Source: Candidatus Buchananbacteria bacterium
Lineage (GTDB): Bacteria > Patescibacteriota > Patescibacteriia > 2-01-FULL-39-33
Assembly: GCA_041666945.1 (NCBI GenBank)
Contig: JBAYFY010000002.1
Coordinates: 64,701 to 128,700, forward strand
Direction: 5' to 3'
DNA: 64,000 nt
Position numbers and translations under genes: made by a program. The notes under the pieces are model-generated. The model had not been told where the DNA came from. It saw nothing but the letters and a program-made list of their open reading frames with translations, and ran no database searches. Positions 8,406-16,976 of the stretch are shown one piece after another. Position 1 is the stretch's first letter, and every line of letters starts with the position of its first letter.

Positions 8406-10136
8406 ATGGGCAGCGCTTTATACCGCAAATACCGGCCGCAGACCTTTGCGCAAATGATCGGCCAAAACCATATCAAAATCACCCTGCAGCATCAGCTGGA
8501 AAGGGGAGAATCGGCGCACGCTTACTTGTTTTGCGGTCCGCGCGGTTTGGGCAAAACCACCAGCGCCAGGTTGTTCGCCAAATCCATTAATTGCGAGAAG
8601 CGCGTAAACGGCGAAAGCGAACCCTGCAATGCTTGCCCGTCTTGCTTGGATATCATGGCCGGCCGCAGCGTGGATATCATTGAGATTGACGCCGCCAGCA
8701 ATACGGGTGTGGATAATGTCCGCGAAAATATTATTGAGAACTCACGCTTCACGCCGGTTAAGAGCAAGTATAAGGTGTTTATTATTGATGAGGCGCACAT
8801 GTTATCTAACGCCTCGTTTAACGCCTTGCTTAAGATTATGGAGGAGCCGCCGGCGCACGTGCTGTTTATTCTATGTACGACGGAAATCCACAAACTGCCG
8901 CTGACCATTATTTCCCGCTGCCAGCGTTTTGATTTCAAGAAAGTTACAGCCGAACAATTATTGAAACGTCTGCAGCTGATTGTTGAGGGCGAGAACAAAA
9001 AGGTTGAAGAAGAAGTGCTCAAGCGCATCGTAGTGGTTTCTGAAGGATGCGTGCGCGATGCGGAAAGTTTGCTGGCCAAGATTCTGTCCTTGGGCGATGA
9101 TATCACCCTGGAACAAGCCGAGATCGTTTTGCCGCGCAGCGATTTTCAGATCATTCTTGATTTTGTGGAATACCTGGCGGAAAAAAACGCCGCCGCCGCC
9201 GTGGAGCATCTCAATCGCTTAATGGAAGAAGGCGTGGATTTGTCGGTATTTACGGAAAACCTGTTGGAATTTTTACGGCAGATGATGCTGGTTAAAGTCA
9301 ACGGCCGCTTGGCGGTTTTCGGTTTGGAATTCAATGACGATTTGGCGGAAAATATCAAGGATTTAGCTGATAAATTCAGTTTTGCCGAAATCGTGGAGAT
9401 GGTGGAGATTTTTTCCGATAAAGCCAAAGAAATCAAACAAGCGCCAATCATGCAATTTCCTTTGGAAATCGCCGTGATCAGATTAGTGGAGCGCGTCTCC
9501 TGCGCCAAGCCGGATAAAATAATTTTCGCCGCCGCATCAGCGCCGGCGGTTGCCGCCGCTCCTACTGTTCCTGCGGCCGGCAAACCGGCTGCCGTCGCCC
9601 CGAGCGTCGCCATAAAAAAAGATACGTCAACCGCTCATGATAAAACTGAAACGGCGACAGTACCGGCCAGCCGCCGGCCAGCTGCTAGTCAGCCGACCAT
9701 TGCCGCCGCTGCCAGTCAGCCGACTTTGGATCAAAATGTGTCTTTGGCCGATATCGCCGCCAACTGGGGCCAGCTTATCAATCGTCTAATCAAGACGAAT
9801 TTTTCCCTGGGATCGCTCTTGCGCATCAGTCAGCCGCTGTCTTGCGACAAAGGAGTGTTGCAGGTCGCTGTTACCAGTTTATTCTATAAGAACCGTCTGG
9901 AGACCCAAGATAACCAGAAAGTGGTAGAAGACACTTTATTGGAAGTGGCGGGGATTAATATCAGAGTCAAAGGAGTGGTGTCGCAAACCGTGGTGCCGCT
10001 GGAGGTAGCGATTGACTATGGCGAGGATTTGGCTGTGCCGTCCAATGATTTTTCACCGCCGCCGGTTCCGCCGGCTCCTGAAACCGTTCCGCCTATTCGG
10101 CTGGATCCGACAGAGGATGTGTTAGGTATGCTATAA
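8406..10136 (+). CDS. dnaX: DNA polymerase III subunit gamma/tau
   Basis: N-terminal clamp-loader AAA+ motifs (GPRGLGKTT, the zinc module CNACPSC, the SRC motif) and a Pro/Ala-rich linker. Confidence 0.9.
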   Translation: MGSALYRKYRPQTFAQMIGQNHIKITLQHQLERGESAHAYLFCGPRGLGKTTSARLFAKSINCEKRVNGESEPCNACPSCLDIMAGRSVDIIEIDAASNTGVDNVRENIIENSRFTPVKSKYKVFIIDEAHMLSNASFNALLKIMEEPPAHVLFILCTTEIHKLPLTIISRCQRFDFKKVTAEQLLKRLQLIVEGENKKVEEEVLKRIVVVSEGCVRDAESLLAKILSLGDDITLEQAEIVLPRSDFQIILDFVEYLAEKNAAAAVEHLNRLMEEGVDLSVFTENLLEFLRQMMLVKVNGRLAVFGLEFNDDLAENIKDLADKFSFAEIVEMVEIFSDKAKEIKQAPIMQFPLEIAVIRLVERVSCAKPDKIIFAAASAPAVAAAPTVPAAGKPAAVAPSVAIKKDTSTAHDKTETATVPASRRPAASQPTIAAAASQPTLDQNVSLADIAANWGQLINRLIKTNFSLGSLLRISQPLSCDKGVLQVAVTSLFYKNRLETQDNQKVVEDTLLEVAGINIRVKGVVSQTVVPLEVAIDYGEDLAVPSNDFSPPPVPPAPETVPPIRLDPTEDVLGML

Positions 10137-10144
10137 TTATAGTA

Positions 10145-10357
10145 TCGTCATTTCCGCAATTATAACATCGTCATTCCCGTAATTATAGTATCGTCATTCC
10201 CGTAACTATAATATCGTCATTCCCGTAATTATAGTATCGTCATTCCCGTAACTATAATATCGTCATTCCCGTAACTATAATATCGTCATTCCCGTAACTA
10301 TAATATCGTCATTCCCGTAACTATAATATCGTCATTCCCGCGCAGGCGGGAATCCAG
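10145..10357. repeat. Tandem array of about 8 copies of a 23-bp unit TCGTCATTCCCGTAACTATAATA, ending in a TCGTCATTCCCGCGCAGGCGGGAATCCAG palindrome
   Basis: Perfect and near-perfect direct repeats start at the dnaX stop codon. There are no unique spacers, so this is not a CRISPR array. Confidence 0.85.
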
Positions 10358-10365
10358 ATATTATT

Positions 10366-10490
10366 TGATCCCCGGACATTTTTTAGTTCACTATACTCGC
10401 TGGGATCTCCGGATAAATCCTCCCGCTTACGCTTACGGATTTTCCGAACCTGCCTGCCGGTAGACAGGGATGACATTAGAGGATATTGGC
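10366..10490. repeat. About 90-bp interspersed element (copy A) containing CTGCCGG(T/C)AG(A/G)CAGGGATGAC
   Basis: Aligns with 41745..41835; the shared core is GGATC(T/C)CCGGA(T/C)AAATCCTCCCGCTTACGCTTACGGATTTTCC. Confidence 0.6.
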
Positions 10491-10546
10491 CATTTTTGAA
10501 TTCCGAGGGTGACGTATAAGGAGATATTCTAATAGTAAATAGTAAT

Positions 10547-11950
10547 ATGAAACGATCAGAAATTATTATTTCCGCCGGTTTAGTGCCAATTGACTATTTA
10601 ATGGTGGTTTTAGCCGGCATCGCCGGTTATTATTTCCGTTTTTGGGAGCCGATCAGCTCTTATCGCCCGGTGATTTTTAATCTGCCGTTCCCGTATTTTT
10701 TGAGCTGGTTGTGGCTGATGGCGGTGATTTGGATTGTCACCTTCGCTTTGGCCGGCCTGTATAACATGCGCGGCACTTCGCGGGCGATTGATGAAGTGTC
10801 CAAAATCATCCTGGCTTCCACCGCGGCCGTGGCCATTTTGATGTTCTTGTTTTTCTTTTCCCGTTCGCTTTTTGATTCCCGTTTCATTATTTTGGCGGCC
10901 TGGGTTTTTTCTATTGTCTGCGTGATGTTCGGCCGCGGCCTGATGCGCTTCTTGCAGCGTCGTTTGTACGGCTGGGGCGTGGGCACTCATCGGGTGATTA
11001 TTATCGGCGAAGGCAACGCGGCCGATGAGGTGGTCAGGGAATTCACGGCTAATCCGCGCGCCGGCTATCGCGTTGTTGACCAATTCAAGAATTTTGATGC
11101 GACGACTGAAAAAGCGCTGCTGGAATTGAAATTGACGGACAAGTTTGACGAGATTCTGGTGGCGCGCGCCGATTTGTCAACCGAAATCTCGGAAAAGCTC
11201 CATGATTTTTCTTATGTCAATCACGTGGAGCTCAAGTATATCGCCGATATTTTTGATTTTCCCATTAATAATTTCGTCATTGATAATATTGCCGGCTTGC
11301 CCGTAGTGGAACTGAAGAAAACCAAACTGGACGGCTGGGGCCGAATCGGCAAGCGTTTGTTTGATTTAATAGGTTCAACTCTGCTGATAATTGTCGCGTC
11401 GCCGCTGTTATTGATTGTCGCTTTGGCGGTTAAATTCAGTTCGCCCGGGCCGGTATTTTTTGCTTACCAGCGCATCGGCGAGCATGGCAAGCCCTTTACT
11501 TATTTTAAATTCCGCTCCATGATCAAGGATGCGCATCAGCTTAGGTTTGACCCGAAATTCGTCAAGCAACAGGAGGATCTGCGCGAAGGCGGCCCCATGA
11601 TGAAATTCAAAAATGATCCGCGAGTAACGCCGATCGGCCGTTTGATCCGCCGTTTTTCCATTGATGAATTGCCGGAGCTGTTTAACGTGTTTTTCGGCAA
11701 GATGTCTTTAGTCGGTCCGCGGCCGCATGAAGTGGAAGAAGTGGCCAAGTATGAGAATTTCCATAAGCGCGTGTTGTCTATCAAGCCGGGCATGACCGGC
11801 ATGGCGCAAGTGTCCGGCCGCAGTGATTTGGATTTTGACGAGGAAGTCAGGTTGGACGTTTGGTATATGGAAAATTGGTCAATGAAACTGGATTTTATGA
11901 TTTTATTCAAGACGCCTTGGGCGGTGTTGAAAAAGAGGAAGGCGGCATAA
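10547..11950 (+). CDS. Undecaprenyl-phosphate sugar phosphotransferase (WbaP/WcaJ-like bacterial sugar transferase)
   Basis: N-terminal transmembrane helices. The C-terminal bacterial sugar transferase domain carries KRLFDLIGS, DELPELFNV and SLVGPRP. Confidence 0.85.
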   Translation: MKRSEIIISAGLVPIDYLMVVLAGIAGYYFRFWEPISSYRPVIFNLPFPYFLSWLWLMAVIWIVTFALAGLYNMRGTSRAIDEVSKIILASTAAVAILMFLFFFSRSLFDSRFIILAAWVFSIVCVMFGRGLMRFLQRRLYGWGVGTHRVIIIGEGNAADEVVREFTANPRAGYRVVDQFKNFDATTEKALLELKLTDKFDEILVARADLSTEISEKLHDFSYVNHVELKYIADIFDFPINNFVIDNIAGLPVVELKKTKLDGWGRIGKRLFDLIGSTLLIIVASPLLLIVALAVKFSSPGPVFFAYQRIGEHGKPFTYFKFRSMIKDAHQLRFDPKFVKQQEDLREGGPMMKFKNDPRVTPIGRLIRRFSIDELPELFNVFFGKMSLVGPRPHEVEEVAKYENFHKRVLSIKPGMTGMAQVSGRSDLDFDEEVRLDVWYMENWSMKLDFMILFKTPWAVLKKRKAA

Positions 11951-11974
11951 CCAGCTTAATTAACTTAAAAAAAT

Positions 11975-12178
11975 ATGACAAAAGTCAAACTGCAATTCGT
12001 TAAGAATCTGGTTTGGGGCCTTGTGTCCGAGGGTGTCATCGCCATTTTGTTCGGCATTTTGATTATGGTTTATCCGGAATTATTGAGCATTCTGGTGGGC
12101 CTGGCCTTGATTGTTACCGGCGTGGTTTCATTGTCGCTGGCGATTAGAGCCAACAAGTATTCCTCAATTGAGTTCTAA
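11975..12178 (+). CDS. Small 2-TM membrane protein (HdeD/DUF308-like)
   Basis: 67 aa with two hydrophobic helices. No Shine-Dalgarno is visible. Confidence 0.55.
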   Translation: MTKVKLQFVKNLVWGLVSEGVIAILFGILIMVYPELLSILVGLALIVTGVVSLSLAIRANKYSSIEF

Positions 12179-12210
12179 AAAAGAACAAGAAAAATCCCGA
12201 CCAATTGGCC

Positions 12211-12640
12211 GGGATTTTTTAGTTGTCATTCCCGCATCCCTTTCGTCATTCCCGCACTCCCTTCGTCATTCCCGCACTCCCTTCGTCATTCCCGCGTACC
12301 TTGTCTGCCGGCAGGCAGGGGCGGGAATCCAGGTTATAATTTTTTTTACGATACCCCTTCGTCATTCTCACTTTCGTCATTCCCGCACTTCCTTCGTCAT
12401 TCCCGCGAAGGCGGGAATCCAGATTTCTTGTCATTCCCGCGTACCTTTCGTCATTCCCGCACTCCCTTCGTCATTCCCGCGAAGGCGGGAATCCATGCTA
12501 TCATTTTTTATGATACCTTTCTTTAGGAGAAAGGTATCACCAAAGAGTCGCGAGCGAAGCATAAATCATGGCTGGATTTTATGCTCCACCTGCCTGCCGG
12601 CAGGCAGGATTACAAAACTTTTCTGGTCACTCTCGCATAA
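12211..12640. repeat. Dense non-coding repeat field with the GTCATTCCCGC half-site and GCGGGAATCC palindromes
   Basis: Three clusters of 20-bp GTCATTCCCGC half-site repeats, each ending in a GCGGGAATCC palindrome. It also holds a perfect 12-bp-stem hairpin tgatacctttct/agaaaggtatca and CTGCCGGCAGGCAGG palindromes. The listed 195 aa ORF 12111..12698 is just translation of these repeats. Confidence 0.8.
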
Positions 12641-12694
12641 AGTCGCACAAGATTTTGTTATGCTCGCATTTTGGAATACAAATAAAGAAATAAA

Positions 12695-12727
12695 ATAAAT
12701 GCCTCGCCACATAATGCGGCGAGGCAG
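12695..12727 (-). terminator. Rho-independent terminator for the minus-strand small-gene pair
   Basis: The gcctcgcc/ggcgaggc stem is followed on the minus strand by a T-rich run. Confidence 0.5.
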
Positions 12728-12741
12728 GGAAATCAAAAGAA

Positions 12742-13038
12742 CTACGGTCTTGTGGTTGGTGCTACTATCAATACATTGAGAACTCCCGATACAGGCGGAA
12801 TGTCTTTAATCAACAGATCCGATGTCGGGTTGGTTAACCGTATAACGTGAGTTACCAACCAGTAGCGGTTATCTCTGTCTATTGGATGTAGATTGGCCAA
12901 CTTCAGTGCTCCCTCATCAAGAAAGATGATGTCGCCTTTATGGATCGGCTCTGGCCAATCCAGAAGTATCGGAAGTATCGGCGACGTACCACGACCTGTC
13001 CCTCCAAATTCTACCTGGTAAGTGTGTTTTTCTCCCAT
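12742..13038 (-). CDS. Hypothetical protein (98 aa)
   Basis: An AAAGGAG Shine-Dalgarno sits 8 nt upstream of the ATG. No recognisable domain. Confidence 0.55.
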   Translation of the reverse strand: MGEKHTYQVEFGGTGRGTSPILPILLDWPEPIHKGDIIFLDEGALKLANLHPIDRDNRYWLVTHVIRLTNPTSDLLIKDIPPVSGVLNVLIVAPTTRP

Positions 13039-13097
13039 TTTTTTTCTCCTTTCATTTAGTCGCAGAAATTACTGCGACGAGGCATTGAAGGCGCGTT

Positions 13098-13268
13098 TTA
13101 TCTTGTGACTTCCAGCGCTACCAAAATAAATTCCTTGCCGTCCCGATGGAAGGTGGTCATAGCGGTAATTCGTTTTCCCTTTCCAGGGAACATATCTGCC
13201 CATAATCCTATTTGTGAATCTAAGGTTATTGTCACTTCAAATTCTTTAACATAGATGCTTGTTTCCAT
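13098..13268 (-). CDS. Hypothetical small protein (56 aa, start METSIY)
   Basis: An AAAGGAAG Shine-Dalgarno precedes the internal ATG. It sits upstream of, and is co-oriented with, the 12742..13038 gene. Confidence 0.45.
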   Translation of the reverse strand: METSIYVKEFEVTITLDSQIGLWADMFPGKGKRITAMTTFHRDGKEFILVALEVTR

Positions 13269-13492
13269 ATTCTTCCTTTCTCTTTCTGTGTCATTAGTTT
13301 TTTTCGGCAATATGGCGCAAGCCACTGACCGTTTTTAACGTACTACATATCATCATATAATAGTATACATTAATAATTTTGTCAAGTAGTTTATCCACAA
13401 TTAAGATATTTTGTTTAATTTTAGGTATTTTTTTAAGGAAAAATCATTCCATTTTTTTATTTGTCGGAATTTTGTTATTATTAAAGAAGCTT

Positions 13493-15706
13493 ATGGTCAA
13501 ATATGTTTTACGCGCCGCTCCAATGGCCAAGGATTTTAAAATTGATTATGCCAAGGAGTTAAACGAAGATCAATACAAGGTCGTAACCGAGGGCTACGGG
13601 CCTTGTTTAGTTTTGGCCGGCGCCGGCTCGGGCAAGACGCGGACTCTGGTGTACCGCGTGGTGTATTTGTTGGAGCAAGGCGTGCCCGCTTCCAGCATAA
13701 TGCTCGTGACTTTCACCAACAAAGCGGCCAAGGAAATGTTGGAGCGCATTGAAGTGCTGCTTCACGGCGAGGCCAAGGGGTTGTGGGGTGGGACTTTCCA
13801 TCACTTGGGCAATCGGCTGTTGCGCATGTATGGCGAGCGCATTAATATCGCTAATAACTTTACGATTTTAGATGAAGAGGATTCTTTGACTTTACTCAAG
13901 AATTGTTTGAGCCGCAGTAATCCTCCGGAAGACAAATATTTTCCCAAGGCCAAAGTCATCCGCTCCATAATTTCTCTGTCGCAGAATCTGTGTCAGCCCA
14001 TCCGCGAAGTTATTGCCGCGCGTTACGATTATCTTAAAGACAGCTACTTGCCGTGTATCTTGGAAGCTGCTGATCTATACAAAGAACGCAAAACGCAAAT
14101 CAACGCGTTGGATTTTGACGACCTCCTGATCAAGTGGAACGAACTGCTGGAACAAGCGCCGGAAATAAAAAAGCGTTTGGGTGAGAAGTTCGCCTACATT
14201 TTAATTGATGAATTCCAAGACACCAACGCTTTGCAATCCAAAATCATCGCCAATCTGGCCGCGCCCCAGCGCAATATCCTGGCGGTGGGAGATGACGCCC
14301 AAAGCATCTATGGTTTTCGTGGCGCCGATGTCAACCATATTTTGGATTTTCCCAAGCAGTTCCCCGATGCTAAGATTTTACGGCTGGAGATCAACTATCG
14401 TTCCACTCCCGAGATTCTGGCTTTGGCCGATACTTCCATTAACCATAATGACGCCAAGTTTGAAAAGCATTTGAAAGCGATTCGGGCCAAGGGTGCTAAG
14501 CCGGCCGTGGCGGCTTTGACTGATAATTATCAGCAAGCGGAATTCGTCTGCCAACGGATTCTGGATTTGCAACGCGAAGATGGTTTGCCGCTTAACAGCA
14601 TGGCCGTATTATTTAGATCGCACTTCCAATGTCTGGAATTGGAAATGGAACTCAACAAGCGCAATATTCCATATCAGATGCGTGGGGGACTGCGGTTTTT
14701 TGAACAGGCGCACTTAAAAGATATCCTGGCTTACTTAAAAATCTTAGCCAACTTCCGTGACGAGGTTTCTTGGTTGCGGTTACTTAGTATGCAAGGCGGG
14801 ATTGGCGAGATGACGGCGGAAAAGATCTGGCAATGGTTAAGGCAATTTGATGGCGTTTCTTCAATTTTTTCTACATCTTCTTCCGTCATTCACGACCCCT
14901 CTTCCGTCATTCACGACCCCTCTTCCGTCATTCACGACCCCTCTTCCGTCATTCCCGCGCAGGCGGGAATCCAGCATAATAATTCAACCTGGATTCCTGA
15001 TCAAACCAGGAATGACATTTCCTTGGGCGCTAAGGCCGCCAGTGGCTGGTCGGCTTTAAAGCGCACGCTGGAAAAGATTGCGCGAATAGATAAAAATGAT
15101 TTACCGGCGCTTGTTACCGCTATTATTGATTCGGGTTATGAAAAATATTTGCAGGCCAATTATGAGAATTTTCAGGATCGGTTGGATGATTTGACGCAGT
15201 TGACAGAATTCGTCAAGTCCTATGACAGTTTGGAAAGATTTTTGGCCGATACCGCGTTGTCGGAAAACTTTCAGGGCCAATCGCGCGCGCCGCGGCCGGA
15301 GAATGGCAATGAACAAATAATCTTGTCCACCATTCATCAGGCCAAGGGCCTGGAGTGGCCGGCAGTGTTTGTGATCGGTTTGGCGGAGGGCATGTTCCCG
15401 CACGCCAAGGTTTATGACAAACCGGAGGAACTGGAGGAGGAACGCCGGTTGTTTTACGTGGCTTGCACCCGCGCCAAAGACCAGCTGTATTTGAGTTATC
15501 CATTGTTCGGCCGCGACAGCATGCTGCATCCGTCGCAATTTATTAAGGAACTGCCGAGCAAATTGTATGATCGCTGGGATGTGGAGGCGGGCGAAGACGA
15601 GGTGATTTACGTGGATGAAGAAGGGGAACGCGCGTCAGGTCCGGGCAAACGGAAGGGCATTTTGGATTTTGATCCGGAACTGGAGATTGAGGAATCGGAT
15701 TATTAA
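13493..15706 (+). CDS. UvrD/PcrA/Rep-family ATP-dependent DNA helicase (the start is uncertain: 13493 or 13523)
   Basis: Walker A AGAGSGKTRTLV, the DEFQDTN motif, and the VTRAK-like motif VACTRAKDQLYLSY. The N-terminal codons of the listed ORF overlap an AT-rich promoter region that carries a TTATCCACA box. Confidence 0.85.
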   Translation: MVKYVLRAAPMAKDFKIDYAKELNEDQYKVVTEGYGPCLVLAGAGSGKTRTLVYRVVYLLEQGVPASSIMLVTFTNKAAKEMLERIEVLLHGEAKGLWGGTFHHLGNRLLRMYGERINIANNFTILDEEDSLTLLKNCLSRSNPPEDKYFPKAKVIRSIISLSQNLCQPIREVIAARYDYLKDSYLPCILEAADLYKERKTQINALDFDDLLIKWNELLEQAPEIKKRLGEKFAYILIDEFQDTNALQSKIIANLAAPQRNILAVGDDAQSIYGFRGADVNHILDFPKQFPDAKILRLEINYRSTPEILALADTSINHNDAKFEKHLKAIRAKGAKPAVAALTDNYQQAEFVCQRILDLQREDGLPLNSMAVLFRSHFQCLELEMELNKRNIPYQMRGGLRFFEQAHLKDILAYLKILANFRDEVSWLRLLSMQGGIGEMTAEKIWQWLRQFDGVSSIFSTSSSVIHDPSSVIHDPSSVIHDPSSVIPAQAGIQHNNSTWIPDQTRNDISLGAKAASGWSALKRTLEKIARIDKNDLPALVTAIIDSGYEKYLQANYENFQDRLDDLTQLTEFVKSYDSLERFLADTALSENFQGQSRAPRPENGNEQIILSTIHQAKGLEWPAVFVIGLAEGMFPHAKVYDKPEELEEERRLFYVACTRAKDQLYLSYPLFGRDSMLHPSQFIKELPSKLYDRWDVEAGEDEVIYVDEEGERASGPGKRKGILDFDPELEIEESDY
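14872..14975 (+). repeat. In-frame MITE insertion inside the helicase coding sequence
   Basis: Three copies of the 21-bp unit cttccgtcattcacgacccct are followed by cttccgtcattcccgcgcaggcgggaatccag. It translates in frame as SSVIHDP repeated three times, then SSVIPAQAGIQ. The same palindrome family occurs in intergenic DNA. Confidence 0.8.
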
Positions 15707-15822
15707 TCCCGTCGGTTATTGACAAAATACCCCATGTTTCTTATTATATTTATATTTGCATAATGCAAATAGTATTAATAGCAACCTTGAAAAACTATCA
15801 ACTGAAATGAAAGGAGATCAAA

Positions 15823-16203
15823 ATGTCTGTTTCCAAGGGCGGCGGAAAGCGTCAGAAAAAAAAGGCCGAATGCGCGGAGATAAATTTCAGCACCGGCCGG
15901 GAAATGAGTGATTCAAAATATACGATGCGTATTTATGCGGATAAAGGTAAAAAAGACGTTCCTTTTTTTGGTTTAATTAAAACAGCCGTTGAAAATCTTT
16001 ATGATGGTCTTTTTTATGAAGGTTTTAACAATGACCCGATACGGATTGACGCTTCAAAGGTTGAAGCGATCAAAAAAATAAGAGTTACGCTTTATGCTCG
16101 TAACCCGTATGACGGCAATTGCGATTTCTATTATTTGGTTCCTTGTTTTGATCCCGCAGCTGGACGTAGCAACAAAGTCATGTTTTGTTATCGTCGGCGA
16201 TAA
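15823..16203 (+). CDS. Hypothetical protein (126 aa)
   Basis: An AAAGGAG Shine-Dalgarno sits 7 nt upstream of the ATG. Confidence 0.6.
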   Translation: MSVSKGGGKRQKKKAECAEINFSTGREMSDSKYTMRIYADKGKKDVPFFGLIKTAVENLYDGLFYEGFNNDPIRIDASKVEAIKKIRVTLYARNPYDGNCDFYYLVPCFDPAAGRSNKVMFCYRRR

Positions 16204-16262
16204 TTTCGGGCGGATCGTCTGCCGCCAGTTCGTCCAATCAGTTGTTTTGTAACCGTTCCAAT

Positions 16263-16292
16263 CCCGCGACACGATAGTTGCGGGTTTTTTGT
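16263..16292 (+). terminator. Weak hairpin with a T-run
   Basis: cccgc...gcggg followed by tttttt. Confidence 0.3.
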
Positions 16293-16311
16293 TTGCTCAA
16301 AAATAAATAAA

Positions 16312-16878
16312 ATGGTAAAATGCAGGCGTATGCTAATGCTGATTGCCGTAACTTTTTATCTGCTTTTGCCCGCTTACCTGGCCAATATGGCTCCGCCGAT
16401 ATTCGGCCGTCTGGGGTTGCTTAAGCCGCTGGCCAAGCCAATTGACGGCGGCCGCAAATGGCGGGGAGAGTATATTTTCGGTTCAGGCAAAACCTGGCGC
16501 GGGGTTGTCGCCGCTGTGGTTTTTGGCATTCTTGTCGCCGGTTTGCAGGCCTGGCTTTTCACTTATCCGGCGTTTGAAGGAATTTCCCTGGTTGATTATC
16601 CGACGGTTTGGCCGGTGTTCGGTTTTCTGGCCGGGTTAGGCGCAATCTTGGGTGACTTGGCCAAAAGCTTTTTTAAGCGGCGAGTCGGCATCGCTTCCGG
16701 CGGCGCCTGGCCGGTGTTTGACCAGTTGGATTTTATCGCGGGATTTTTTTTATTCACTTGGGGACTATCCGCTTTGTCTTGGCAAGTTGTCGCGGCCGCT
16801 TGTCTGCTTACCTTGGTGCTTCATCCCTTGACTAACGTCATCGCTTATTTATTAAAATTAAAAAAAGTTTGGTGGTAG
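16312..16878 (+). CDS. CDP-alcohol/CTP-transferase family membrane protein (CarS/DUF46-like)
   Basis: A polytopic membrane protein with GDLAKSFFKRRVGI and PVFDQLDF motifs, reminiscent of CDP-archaeol synthase-like proteins. Confidence 0.45.
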   Translation: MVKCRRMLMLIAVTFYLLLPAYLANMAPPIFGRLGLLKPLAKPIDGGRKWRGEYIFGSGKTWRGVVAAVVFGILVAGLQAWLFTYPAFEGISLVDYPTVWPVFGFLAGLGAILGDLAKSFFKRRVGIASGGAWPVFDQLDFIAGFFLFTWGLSALSWQVVAAACLLTLVLHPLTNVIAYLLKLKKVWW

Positions 16879-16906
16879 CTGTCATAAAGCCCGGACATCC
16901 GGAGAT

Positions 16907-16936
16907 AAACCGCTATGATTATGGCGGTTTTTTTGT
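16907..16936 (+). terminator. Rho-independent terminator
   Basis: aaaccgc-tatgattat-ggcggttt followed by ttttg. Confidence 0.5.
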
Positions 16937-16976
16937 TTAAATTTGGCTATTTATTATTATATTAACCATAAGTAAT

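Noticed and set aside
10145-10357. Possible CRISPR array after dnaX
   Set aside because: The period is only 23 bp and there are no unique spacers between the repeats. The units are near-identical tandem copies of a MITE half-site. No cas genes are nearby.
10145-12500. Neisseria origin of the sequence, because ATTCCC-N8-GGGAAT resembles dRS3
   Set aside because: The gene content does not fit a Neisseria chromosome: a DGR, a group 3b hydrogenase, tandem iPGM paralogs, orphan VirD4-like and Mrr genes, dense small-genome organisation, and roughly mid-40s % GC. The similarity is taken as convergent or family-level repeat architecture.
12111-12698. 195-aa ORF on the + strand (and the 62-aa minus ORF 12246..12434)
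   Set aside because: The whole ORF is a translation of the GTCATTCCCGC/GCGGGAATCC repeat field. It has repetitive low-complexity peptide content and no start context.
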